A DNA stretch of 64,000 nt, from NCBI GenBank assembly GCA_963702005.1, contig OY969696.1, positions 128,001-192,000 of the forward strand, given 5' to 3'. Origin of the DNA: Candidatus Aminicenantes bacterium. Lineage in GTDB: Bacteria > Acidobacteriota > Aminicenantia > Aminicenantales > JAFGBC01. Positions 19,953-28,994 of this stretch are shown piece after piece. The notes under the pieces are model-generated. The model saw only the letters and a list, made by a program, of their open reading frames with translations. It had not been told where the DNA came from and did not search any database. Numbering within the stretch: position 1 is the first letter of the stretch; each line of letters begins with the position of its first letter. The position numbers and the translations under genes were made by a program.

Positions 19953-21172
19953 GCTCTCGCGGACATTACCTGTTTCTTGAGGGCCGGTTCCTCGGCTTCA
20001 ACGGGTTCTTTGACTCCCATTTGTCCGAGAATTTCGATAACCCTGGTCTTTATCATCTCATCCACCATCTTCGGTGTTATCATGCCCAGAACTTTCTTCT
20101 CCTTGTTTCCGAGTTCCAGGGCTGAAGCGATGTCCAGCGGCCTCGCGCATCTCTGACATATTTTTGCCTCGAATTCGTTAGTCTTTCCGCAAATACTGCA
20201 TTCCTTAAACTGCAGTATTTTGTGGCTTTCGATATCCTCAGGCTTCTTCAGGCCGTGAATCTCCAGGATCGCCTCGTCTACGTCCCTTCCCGAAAGGTGA
20301 ACGTAAACCCTCGGCATGCCGGAGCCCTGAACCCATCCCAGATACTCGCACATCTGGGCTTCCGTCAGTTTGTTGGCCAAGTACGTCGCCCTCGAATGTC
20401 TGAACAGGTGGGGATTGACCTTCTTTCGGATTCCGCCCTTTTCGGCGACTGACTTCAGCATCTCCCTTACCGAGTTGTATTTCAGGCCCTTGTCCCGGTT
20501 CTTCGTTCCTATGCTCGCCCACAAAAATGCTTTCGGGTCGTTTTTGTTGGCACAGTGCGCAATCCAGTTTGACAGATACGGAGTCGAATTCACGAGCAGG
20601 ATCCTGCGGGAGCCTGTCTTCCCCGATACCCTGATGGCGCACGTCGGTTCTTCGAACGCCACATCCTTGATTCTCATGGTCAGTATTTCGCCTATCCTGC
20701 AGCCGGATTCGTAGAGAACGGAAATCAGCGCTTTGTCCCGGATGTTTACCGCGTTTTCTATCAGCTTCCTGATGTCCTCCTGCGTTAGCAGGTCCTCGGG
20801 CAATTTAGCGTTTGCCTTTTTTAGCGTGGTCCTGATCCACCTGACCTCTTCTGGATAGGTGTCTTCCGTCTGCCTCAGCCATCGCCAGAATTTCTTTATC
20901 GTCACCTTGTAGTCATGTTTTGTCCAGTCCATGTATGCGGATTGTTCGATTTCAGCGACCAGTCTCTTGATATCTTCCTTCGTCGCTGCCTCCAGGTCCG
21001 TCCCAAGCATCTTGGCTATATTTCGCAAATAGCCTCGATACTTATCCACTCTCGCCTTTGTCAAGCCCTCGGCGTAGCAATCGTTGGCGAATTTATCAAT
21101 TAGCTCTTCGTTCTCCTTCGAGATATTCTTAATTCTATAAGTGAGGCTGGATGCCTTCTTCATGGGTCTCAT
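19934..21172 (-). CDS. Archaeal-type tyrosine integrase with a C-terminal zinc ribbon
   Basis: YESGCRIGE, GKTG, PHLFRHSRAT, LGWVQGSGMPRVYVHLSG, CSICG...CQRC. Confidence 0.9.
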   Translation of the reverse strand: MRPMKKASSLTYRIKNISKENEELIDKFANDCYAEGLTKARVDKYRGYLRNIAKMLGTDLEAATKEDIKRLVAEIEQSAYMDWTKHDYKVTIKKFWRWLRQTEDTYPEEVRWIRTTLKKANAKLPEDLLTQEDIRKLIENAVNIRDKALISVLYESGCRIGEILTMRIKDVAFEEPTCAIRVSGKTGSRRILLVNSTPYLSNWIAHCANKNDPKAFLWASIGTKNRDKGLKYNSVREMLKSVAEKGGIRKKVNPHLFRHSRATYLANKLTEAQMCEYLGWVQGSGMPRVYVHLSGRDVDEAILEIHGLKKPEDIESHKILQFKECSICGKTNEFEAKICQRCARPLDIASALELGNKEKKVLGMITPKMVDEMIKTRVIEILGQMGVKEPVEAEEPALKKQVMSARAHINCQ

Positions 21173-21477
21173 GCTAATAACCTCCTCTGGAACTTTTTAT
21201 TCAAGACCCTCTAAGCTACTATAGAAACAAGATGCACTCCTGGGGCTTCCTATCTCAGTAGTAACTTAGAAGATTGTCTTGTTTTATCTTTAGGAATAGT
21301 TCTACTTAAAGCTTATGGTTAGCCACGCCTGGAAACTTGAGTGTAAATAGGCATACCAGGTCTTCGGCATGCTGCTGGAGGATCCTGAGTTCAGGGAGAT
21401 GCTTGTGAGGAAGGCGGAGACGGCTAAAAATAAAACAACCGGTTAATTAGAATTCCAATGACAATCCCTGGTCCATC

Positions 21478-21909
21478 CTAACAAATAAAGCTACCTTTTA
21501 AAGGCGCCTTCACTCCAATATTTTTTATAGAGACTGTATCGTCATGAGGGAAGGAATCCTTACATTCATCATTGCAAATTGGTTTAGTATGGTAGATTAA
21601 GCAGCATTCGACTTTTTGCCTTCTTGAAGTCCCAAGTTCACACTTGGCTACTTTTAAAAGCGTGTAATTTGTGCAATTTTTTTCCCAACATGACCACTTC
21701 TCGTGTCCTTCGATTCTTGTTCGGACTTTGTCGGCTTCGCCAATATAAAGTAGCTTATAAGATGATGCATCCCATTTATTAGGTTCGGTAGACCTCTTCC
21801 CACAGATAATCATATAAATTCCTTCTCCATCTGGGACATCAGATGGTATTGCGTCTTTTTTTATTTCCCATACGCCATCCCAATTTAAGGTTACGCTTAT
21901 TGTTTCCAT
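21478..21909 (-). CDS. GIY-YIG nuclease-like protein
   Basis: GIYMII...LLYIGEADKVRTRIEGH...VECCLI. Confidence 0.7.
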   Translation of the reverse strand: METISVTLNWDGVWEIKKDAIPSDVPDGEGIYMIICGKRSTEPNKWDASSYKLLYIGEADKVRTRIEGHEKWSCWEKNCTNYTLLKVAKCELGTSRRQKVECCLIYHTKPICNDECKDSFPHDDTVSIKNIGVKAPLKGSFIC

Positions 21910-22026
21910 ATCTGTATCCCTTTTTATTATATATATAACATTTTAAACCTTTTTCTAGAACCTTAAAAGCAAAATCCGCAATCTTGCCGGGTCAATTTCT
22001 AAAATACCCTCCTCAAACCTTGAACA

Positions 22027-22175
22027 TGATTCCTGAAAACCCGCGAAGGACATACGCTTTCACCTGTCCCGGGTGTCTGACGACCTTCCATCTTTACGCC
22101 TGGGAAACCGAGGAAGGCGTTCCCAAGTGCAATTACTGCATGATCCCTCTCGAAAGGATTAAGGAGCGGAGGTGA
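22027..22175 (+). CDS. Small zinc-ribbon protein
   Basis: CPGC...CNYC; first gene of a coupled plus-strand run. Confidence 0.5.
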
Positions 22176-22178
22176 AGC

Positions 22179-22637
22179 ATGAACCTGGAAGAGATGGAAC
22201 ATGAGAAGCAGGTCGAACGCCTGCGAACGGTCCTGAGGTCGGAGAAGGGCACGCTGCCGGGCTTCCTGGCTCTTTTCGCGCTGCGCCATCACGCGATAAT
22301 GGGCCACAAGCCGGAGCTTTCCCTCAGGCCGAGCCTGCGCTGGTATCTGGGCCAGCTCGCCAAGGAATACATCCGCCGCTATTACGCCGAGGCAAAGGAA
22401 GCGATGGAGAGTTTCGCGGCGATCGGCCTGGTGGAGGCCAGGGACGGAGAGCAGGAAGGCCAGAAGGACTTCGTCCTCAGGGAGGCGTTGGTCCCGGCGC
22501 TGCGCGAGGTCCTCGAAGAGGTCTTCGGCAAAGAGACGGTCGAGGACACGGTCGCCAAGGCGAAGTTCTACAAGGAGCCGGCCTACGGGCCGGAGCGCGG
22601 CCGTGCCGGCGCCAAGGCGGGGAGGTCGGAAGAATGA
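22179..22637 (+). CDS. Hypothetical protein (backbone)
   Basis: GGAGGTG RBS; ATGA overlap with the next gene. Confidence 0.65.
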   Translation: MNLEEMEHEKQVERLRTVLRSEKGTLPGFLALFALRHHAIMGHKPELSLRPSLRWYLGQLAKEYIRRYYAEAKEAMESFAAIGLVEARDGEQEGQKDFVLREALVPALREVLEEVFGKETVEDTVAKAKFYKEPAYGPERGRAGAKAGRSEE

Positions 22638-23065
22638 AAGGCGAAATCGAGAGAATCTGGAAGAACAAGACCGGCGACGGCCGGCTCTACAACGTGCTCC
22701 AGATAGGCGGAGAACGGTATTCCCTGTGGGAGGAGAACTACCTCGACAAGCTGCACGAGGGCCAGACGCTGGAATTCGACTTCAGTGAGGCGGGCGACTA
22801 CAAGAACATCTGCAAAATCTACGAGCCGGCGGGAACCGGGAAGCAGGCGGGCAAAGAGGAGCAGCCGCCGGAGACGGCAGGGAACGGCCAAAACCAGAAG
22901 GCGCGCCAGATCGTGAGGATGAGCTGCCTGCGCTCGGCCAGCCAGATCCTGGGCGGGTCGAGAATCCCGGCAGGCGAGCGCGCCGGCAAGACGATAGAAA
23001 TCGCGAAGAAGTTCGAGAAATACATCGGCGACGACAGCATCCCAGGACCCGGCGAGGACGACTGA
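22634..23065 (+). CDS. Hypothetical protein, possible OB-fold ssDNA-binding protein
   Basis: Beta-rich N-terminus, QIVRMSCLRSA helix, acidic tail. Confidence 0.5.
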   Translation: MKGEIERIWKNKTGDGRLYNVLQIGGERYSLWEENYLDKLHEGQTLEFDFSEAGDYKNICKIYEPAGTGKQAGKEEQPPETAGNGQNQKARQIVRMSCLRSASQILGGSRIPAGERAGKTIEIAKKFEKYIGDDSIPGPGEDD

Positions 23066-23112
23066 AAACAGGAGGGGGAATCCGGGCTGGTCAAGACCAT
23101 CCGGGCGGAAGC

Positions 23113-23436
23113 ATGCAGTCCAGACGGGATAGCGGTCAATCCGAATTCCTGAGAGCCCTCGGACGCTACCACAGACCGAGAACGGGCGAAACAATCATCA
23201 CGAGGCATGGAGAGGCGAAAATCTCGCTTATCCTGTCTTACGCGGGCGTCGTCGGAGAGATGGAGGCGTGCGGCATGTCCGGCAAAGACATCGAAAAATT
23301 CAAGGCGCGAGTCGAGCATTTCTTCGGCAACAAGAGGAGCAGGTATTTCGAGTGCGAGCTGGCTTATACGGACGGAGAAACGGAGCGCATCGACTGGAGC
23401 GAATACCTGGCGATGAAGAACGAGGGAAAAAGGTGA
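23113..23436 (+). CDS. Hypothetical protein
   Basis: 107-aa ORF in a co-directional run. Confidence 0.5.
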   Translation: MQSRRDSGQSEFLRALGRYHRPRTGETIITRHGEAKISLILSYAGVVGEMEACGMSGKDIEKFKARVEHFFGNKRSRYFECELAYTDGETERIDWSEYLAMKNEGKR

Positions 23437-23727
23437 TCTTACGGCGACGGAAAGAAGCGCGGTCCTGGGCGGGCAGGGGTTCAGCGTAAGAACCAAGAAG
23501 ATCTATCAGAGGGACCTGACCTCAGACTGCTGGTCCGTCCAGGTCTGGGGCCTCGGCTACTGCTCGGGCTTCGGGGATTACGGCCAGATGTGCGAGTTCC
23601 TGGCCACGGACGAATGCGGCGGGCAGGTGATACGCAAGCGCATTCTGTCCGGCGGCTTCCCGGTTTCCGGCCTCCCCGACGCCCCATCAGAGCGGCAAAA
23701 AGGATGATCCACAAAAAAGGGATGCTC

Positions 23728-23970
23728 ATGAAAGGGAAAATCTACGCGCTGGTAAAGAACTTCGCATGGACAAACCATGATGTCGAGTTATTTAGAACGG
23801 CCAAAGAGGCCGAACTGGCTTTCAAACGCTATACCGGCATCGCTTTCAGTAAGCAATACCTTTGCCAGGACGATGAGGAATACAACGAGAAGTTTTCCGA
23901 GACGAAAATCTATGAACTGGCTTTGCCGGATTTTCTTGCGTTCACCAAAGGCAAACCGAGGAGGCGATGA
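23728..23970 (+). CDS. Hypothetical protein, paralog of the N-terminal domain of the RadC fusion
   Basis: KIYALVKNF...EKFSETKIYELALPDFL versus KIFVLVKNF...EKFSETRIYGLELPPYL. Confidence 0.65.
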   Translation: MKGKIYALVKNFAWTNHDVELFRTAKEAELAFKRYTGIAFSKQYLCQDDEEYNEKFSETKIYELALPDFLAFTKGKPRRR

Positions 23971-24156
23971 ATCTGTACGAGAAATGTCCGCTGGAACCAA
24001 GAAGAAGGTCAAGGCGCGAGCTCAAGGACTCGCATTTCGACGGCTATAAATACAAGGGCTATCGGGTCAGGCGGGCGATTCTCCTGGGCAAATTCCCCGT
24101 CTCCGGGCTTCCGGAGGCCGGATCGGGCGCCGGGCCGTAGGGAGGCTTTCGTTTCC

Positions 24157-24864
24157 ATGAAAAAGTCCAAAATCTTCGTCCTGGTGAAGAATTTCGAGGG
24201 CGTCAACCACGAGGCCGAGCTCTGCCCGAGCTTCGGGGAGGCCAGGAAGCGCTTCCGCCAATACACGGGCTTCGGCTACAACGACAAATACTGCGACCCC
24301 GAAAGCGACCGCTACGAAGAGAAGTTCTCGGAGACGCGGATATACGGGCTGGAGCTCCCTCCTTACCTGAGCGTCTCGCCGGGCCGGGGAAGAAGCCGGC
24401 GCCTGAAGGACTCGGGCTTCGACGGCTTCGAATACAAGGGCTACAGGGTCAAGACGAAGCTCGTGGTCGAGGGCCACAGCAAATACAAGCCGCTGAAGCT
24501 CGGAAGCTCCCATGAGGTCTACGCCGCCTTCCGCAGCCTTTCGGACAGCGACCGGGAGCGCTTCTACTCGGTCCTGCTCGACTGCAAGAACGCCGTCATC
24601 GGCGTCGACATGGTGAGCCAGGGCTCGGGCAACTCTGCGGCCGTCGTGCCCATGGAAGTGTTCAAGCCGGCCCTGCTCGCCTCGGCGGTGGCGGTCGTCT
24701 TCGTGCATTCCCACCCTTCGGGCGATCCGGAACCGTCGTTCCCAGACATCGCGCTCACCCGCGACCTCAAGCAGGCCGGCGAATTGCTCGGGGTCAAGGT
24801 CCTGGACCACGTCATCATCGGCAGGGAAAAGTTCTACAGCTTTGCGGACAAGGGTGGCATATGA
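24157..24864 (+). CDS. radC: RadC-like JAB-domain protein with an extra N-terminal domain
   Basis: RERFYSVLLD, HSHPSGDPEPS..D, VLDHVIIG. Confidence 0.85.
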   Translation: MKKSKIFVLVKNFEGVNHEAELCPSFGEARKRFRQYTGFGYNDKYCDPESDRYEEKFSETRIYGLELPPYLSVSPGRGRSRRLKDSGFDGFEYKGYRVKTKLVVEGHSKYKPLKLGSSHEVYAAFRSLSDSDRERFYSVLLDCKNAVIGVDMVSQGSGNSAAVVPMEVFKPALLASAVAVVFVHSHPSGDPEPSFPDIALTRDLKQAGELLGVKVLDHVIIGREKFYSFADKGGI

Positions 24865-25082
24865 AGAAACCCGGCGAGCGCATGCACGAAGTGAGGGTCC
24901 GGCTCGATCGGCTGCGCCGCTACCGAGGCTGCTCGGACCTGGTCGAGACCTACTGCTGCTCGGCGACTCCCTGCTATTACGTCGACTTTCCGGCGCTCGG
25001 CTACGGCGGCTACTTCCAGACGGCCGATGTCGAAATCAGGAGGCGGGAGCATCGAAGCGATAAAGAAGGAATTGTCGGTTGA
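24861..25082 (+). CDS. Hypothetical protein
   Basis: ATGA-coupled to radC. Confidence 0.45.
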   Translation: MKKPGERMHEVRVRLDRLRRYRGCSDLVETYCCSATPCYYVDFPALGYGGYFQTADVEIRRREHRSDKEGIVG

Positions 25083-25089
25083 AGAAACG

Positions 25090-25374
25090 ATGAAGCGCTA
25101 TCCCAGGCTGACCGCGCACGTGATAGCCGAGTCTCTCGGCTACGCCACGCCTTCGCGGGCGGCAGCCATCGTCAGGGACGCAAAAGAGCGCCGGCCGAAT
25201 TATTGCGAATGGATCGACGCCTGCTACGGCTGCGACCCGCTGCCGGCGGTGAAGAACGCAATAAGGAACAGGCACAATCACAGCGGCTTCATGGCCGAAT
25301 ACAAGCTCGCGCTGGCGTTGGTGCGCCGCGCAATCGACACGGGCGACGAGCCGGTCTTCGCGAGCTGGTTTTAA
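25090..25374 (+). CDS. Hypothetical protein
   Basis: MKRYPRLTAHVIAESLGY...; start uncertain (ORF track gives 25027). Confidence 0.55.
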   Translation: MKRYPRLTAHVIAESLGYATPSRAAAIVRDAKERRPNYCEWIDACYGCDPLPAVKNAIRNRHNHSGFMAEYKLALALVRRAIDTGDEPVFASWF

Positions 25375-25393
25375 GCGGGGTTGAGGTGGGAAA

Positions 25394-25684
25394 GTGACGA
25401 AATTCGATACGGACGGGGAGAATCTTTACATCGACGGCAAGAAGGTCCTGCGCGGTTGGGAGTCGTTCTCGGGCTGGTACTGGTTCGCTACCGAGAAAGT
25501 CCGGAAGCAGTTGAGCGATTTCGGCAACGGAAAGGGAGTCCCCGATACCATCTATTTCGGGCTGGTCCAGGGCTTCGAGGAGGAATGGGGCTATTTCAGC
25601 CAAGCAGAAATCGAGAGCCTGAAGCCTAAAACTTGGGAGATCCCGAAGGAGAATCTGCCTTATGCGGGAAGGAGAAGACGATAG
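25394..25684 (+). CDS. DUF2958-like protein
   Basis: WYWFATE...YFGLVQGFEEEWGYFSQAEI. Confidence 0.65.
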   Translation: MTKFDTDGENLYIDGKKVLRGWESFSGWYWFATEKVRKQLSDFGNGKGVPDTIYFGLVQGFEEEWGYFSQAEIESLKPKTWEIPKENLPYAGRRRR

Positions 25685-25687
25685 CAG

Positions 25688-26122
25688 ATGAAATCCACTA
25701 AATTCATGTCGGCGGAAGAAAAGGGGAAAGTGCTTAAAGACTGGCAGCGCTTCATAGCAAGTGATTTCAGCAGGGCATATTTCACCCATTCTCTCTATAA
25801 CCACCTGATTCAACATTGCTCTTTCATCGCGCACTACAACGAGCAGGGTTTTTATGGTTCTTATTTCGAAGATCCGGGGAAGACGCTGAAATTCCTGAAA
25901 CAGTTTGACGGGGATTATGGCTGCAAAAGCGTCGAGTATGGGTCAGGATACTGGCTAACGAACGAGGAGTATAGGGACATTAACTCTGCCATGATAAATG
26001 CCCTCCAGCCGCATAAGAAAACGATATATTCAGGACTGAAGCAAAAAACAAGGGAGACAAAATTACGGCAGATGGAGAAATTGAGAATTGAAATAGAGGA
26101 GTTAGATCGACGAGGTGACTGA
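25688..26122 (+). CDS. Hypothetical protein
   Basis: LYNHLIQHCSFIAHYNEQGFY; coupled run. Confidence 0.6.
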   Translation: MKSTKFMSAEEKGKVLKDWQRFIASDFSRAYFTHSLYNHLIQHCSFIAHYNEQGFYGSYFEDPGKTLKFLKQFDGDYGCKSVEYGSGYWLTNEEYRDINSAMINALQPHKKTIYSGLKQKTRETKLRQMEKLRIEIEELDRRGD

Positions 26123-26321
26123 AATGGGAACGCACACCGTCCATACGGATTGCGTTAAATGCAGGGGAAAAGATTCTTTAATCTATACGTTTGACACGAG
26201 AAATCCAATTTCGGGCGAGGCCTTCTGCCTTAACTGCGGCCGTTATTACAGCACTATTGAGAAGAAGCTGGCCAAAAAAGAATTGACAGAATTGAGAAAA
26301 GAATACGGATGGGGTGACTGA
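26115..26321 (+). CDS. Small zinc-finger protein
   Basis: CVKC...CLNC; overlaps both neighbours. Confidence 0.55.
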   Translation: MTEMGTHTVHTDCVKCRGKDSLIYTFDTRNPISGEAFCLNCGRYYSTIEKKLAKKELTELRKEYGWGD

Positions 26322-26664
26322 GACGAGCTATTACCTTACCGTCGCCGACCAGGGCCTTAAAGCCAAAAAGGACATCTCTGACGAACTCAAAAAGCTATAC
26401 GATGAAAACAAGGTTTATCTCTATTGGCACTGGGAAAACGGTTTCGTTGGCTTAGACGATGGATATTTCAGATGGGACGAGGATTTCTTCCAGGACCTGC
26501 TTGCGCTAAAATCCATTGGCGTCAGGGGAGACATGACGGCTCAAGGCGAAGAAGGCGAGCACTATAAGTATGTCATAAATAACAGAGCCGTGAAGGAATA
26601 TTACGGCACAGTCAGGTTTCCAAAAAAGCCCGCCAGGGTAATCAAAGGCAATATGGACCTATAG
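26314..26664 (+). CDS. Hypothetical protein
   Basis: Coupled GTG start; 116 aa. Confidence 0.55.
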   Translation: MTETSYYLTVADQGLKAKKDISDELKKLYDENKVYLYWHWENGFVGLDDGYFRWDEDFFQDLLALKSIGVRGDMTAQGEEGEHYKYVINNRAVKEYYGTVRFPKKPARVIKGNMDL

Positions 26665-27137
26665 TAATTTGATTTTAAGGGTGATTGATTGGACCCTGAT
26701 ATTTGCTGATACAACAAGGAGTCAAGGTGATAGAAACCTTCGCACGGAAATCAACCGCTAACAATCCATCTGGACCATTAGAATTCTACTTGAAAAACCG
26801 GTTCAAAATAGAACGCAATAATTCTGATTTTCAACTTGTACGCTTAGAGTTAAAATGAGAAACGCTATTTTTTTATGAGATTTCCTAACACAAAGGAGAT
26901 TATAACGAAAACTGTGTAAACCTCATTGAATAGGTAAAATGAATCAAGGAGGTTCCATTGACACTTGACCGGGACGAACTGAAAAAACTGCTCAAGAAAA
27001 CGGCTGGCCAAGCTGAAAGGTTCCCGATGGCTCGGGATACTCGATACCTAGCGCATCATATGGACGAAATCAAGGGCCGGAGCGAGGCAACCTTTTTCGA
27101 GTTACAATCGTCTTCTAAATAGAAAGGAAGGTTTGTT

Positions 27138-28598
27138 ATGGAGACTGAAAAATCGGCGGCTCGAATCAAATCAGCCATGGCGACCGGCGTTTTGTTTATT
27201 GCCGTTCTCTTAGGGATCTGCCGGGAGCTGGCGGCGCAGGGCCCGGCCGTCTCCTATTATTATCATCCCCAAACGGAACTTTCCTGGGCCCGCTGCGAGG
27301 TCCGACTGGCGGGAAGCTCTCGGCAGAAGATTCCGTTCCTGCCCGTCGTCTGTTCCAGCTTCAGGCACGCGTCGATGGGGATTGGAAATTACGAAAAAGA
27401 TGTCTTAATTGACGGTCCCATCGTCTTCGTCGGAAACGGGATTCCTGGGGCTGGTGCCCCGGACTGTTACACTGGGAAAAGGGCGGATTACACCGACGGC
27501 CGGATTGATGTTTCGGGATGCATCGTCATTTTCTGCTATGACATGGCCGACGGCATCGAGGCAAAGAGGGGAAAGGAATTCCCTCTCTCCAGGCGGATTG
27601 CCGAAGCTGCCGCACGGAAAGCGGCTGCCGTCGTCGTTTTCTCGTCCACTAAAGAGTTCCCGTTCCCGACCGTCGGGTACGACCGGGAGGATCAAATCCC
27701 CGACATTCCGGTCATCGCCGTGACGAAGAGCTCGATTCTGAACATTTTGGCCAGCGCCGGGGAGGACGGAGAGGCTCTGTTGAAAAACTGGGCGGAATCC
27801 GGCAATCCTCTCAAATCCCGAGTCCTCATCTCCCGCTTGTCGCTCAAAATCAGGGGCCGGTTTGACAAGATCGAGACCGAAAATTTTCTCTTCCGGTTCA
27901 TGAATGATTCGATCCCCGGAGACCAGATGGCCGAACTGGCCCGCGTTAACGAGAAGGCCTTGGCGCTTCTCCGGAAGCTCTTCGAGGAAGAGAAAGGTCT
28001 ACGCTGGGAAAAAAGCCCGGTTTATTACTTCCGCGACTATGACATCAAACTTTTTTATACGCACCATTGGGGGCTAGGCTGGGCCACCGGGGAAGGGACA
28101 TACATGGTACACGAGGGAGGTGCACCAAACTTCCCCTTAGTCGCGCATGAAAACGCCCACATCCTGATGTTCGCGAACTGGGGAGGCTCATCTTCTTTTC
28201 TCTCGGAAGGGATCGGGAGATACGCCGAGGCCGAAGCTGGCGACCGGGACGAAAATGACCGCTTGACGGTTCAATATCTCAAGGAAGGGAAGCTCTTCCG
28301 TTTGAAGGATATGTTATCTTTCGACATCGGAATGCCCGGCCAAGAAACGGAGGTCGGATACCCCGCCTCCGGCTCCTTCGTCGGATTCCTCATCCGCTTG
28401 CACGGCCTCAAGTCTCTCAAGGAGGCCTACAGGCTCGTCGCCCGGACCGAGGACGGAGGAAAAAGCGATGATATCTGGCGGAAGGCGGCCGGGAAATCCC
28501 TCGCCGACCTGGAACGAGAATGGCTGACCGGCCTGGCGAAAGGCCATCCGGAGGACGCCGACGCCGTCCGCGCCTATCTCGCGAAACTAGCCAAATAG
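27138..28598 (+). CDS. Secreted PA-domain protein with a zincin (peptidase MA-like) domain
   Basis: Signal peptide; IVFVGNGI...DVSGCIVI; VAHENAH; FLSEGIG; ASGSFVGFLI. Confidence 0.75.
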   Translation: METEKSAARIKSAMATGVLFIAVLLGICRELAAQGPAVSYYYHPQTELSWARCEVRLAGSSRQKIPFLPVVCSSFRHASMGIGNYEKDVLIDGPIVFVGNGIPGAGAPDCYTGKRADYTDGRIDVSGCIVIFCYDMADGIEAKRGKEFPLSRRIAEAAARKAAAVVVFSSTKEFPFPTVGYDREDQIPDIPVIAVTKSSILNILASAGEDGEALLKNWAESGNPLKSRVLISRLSLKIRGRFDKIETENFLFRFMNDSIPGDQMAELARVNEKALALLRKLFEEEKGLRWEKSPVYYFRDYDIKLFYTHHWGLGWATGEGTYMVHEGGAPNFPLVAHENAHILMFANWGGSSSFLSEGIGRYAEAEAGDRDENDRLTVQYLKEGKLFRLKDMLSFDIGMPGQETEVGYPASGSFVGFLIRLHGLKSLKEAYRLVARTEDGGKSDDIWRKAAGKSLADLEREWLTGLAKGHPEDADAVRAYLAKLAK

Positions 28599-28885
28599 TG
28601 ACCATTCCGGGTTCGTCGTCATTTCCTACGATTCCGGGGCATGTGGTCTATAACAGTTTTTCAGAATACACCGGAACCGAGCCGCCAAACCTCGAACCAA
28701 CTGGTCAATTTTCATCCTTTTCCTTGAATTCCACCTGCTGCTGAATTCTTAAGGATTCTTCCTGGCCTAGAGTCGAGAGATACCTCAAGACCATGGAGAT
28801 CGACGAGTGGCCCAGATGGTGCTGGAGGGCTTTAGAGTTTCCGGTCTGCCTCAGCCCAAAAAGCAAAACGCAGCTCTGTCACTTG

Positions 28886-28966
28886 CAGCCAAGAATCGGG
28901 AGCTTGAAGCCAAAGACTTGGGAGATCCCGAAGGAGAATCTGCCGTATTCGGGGAGAAGAAAATAA
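28886..28966 (+). repeat. Relic copy of the DUF2958-like gene 3' end
   Basis: Shares acttgggagatcccgaaggagaatctgcc with 25631-25659. Confidence 0.85.
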
Positions 28967-28994
28967 TAGACTAGAAAGGCAGTTATAAGCAGAC

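Noticed and set aside
21324-21335. CACGCCTGGAAA resembling a tRNA-Ser anticodon arm as att site of the 19934-21172 integrase
   Set aside because: Only 12 bp with no partner copy found in the window; could be chance
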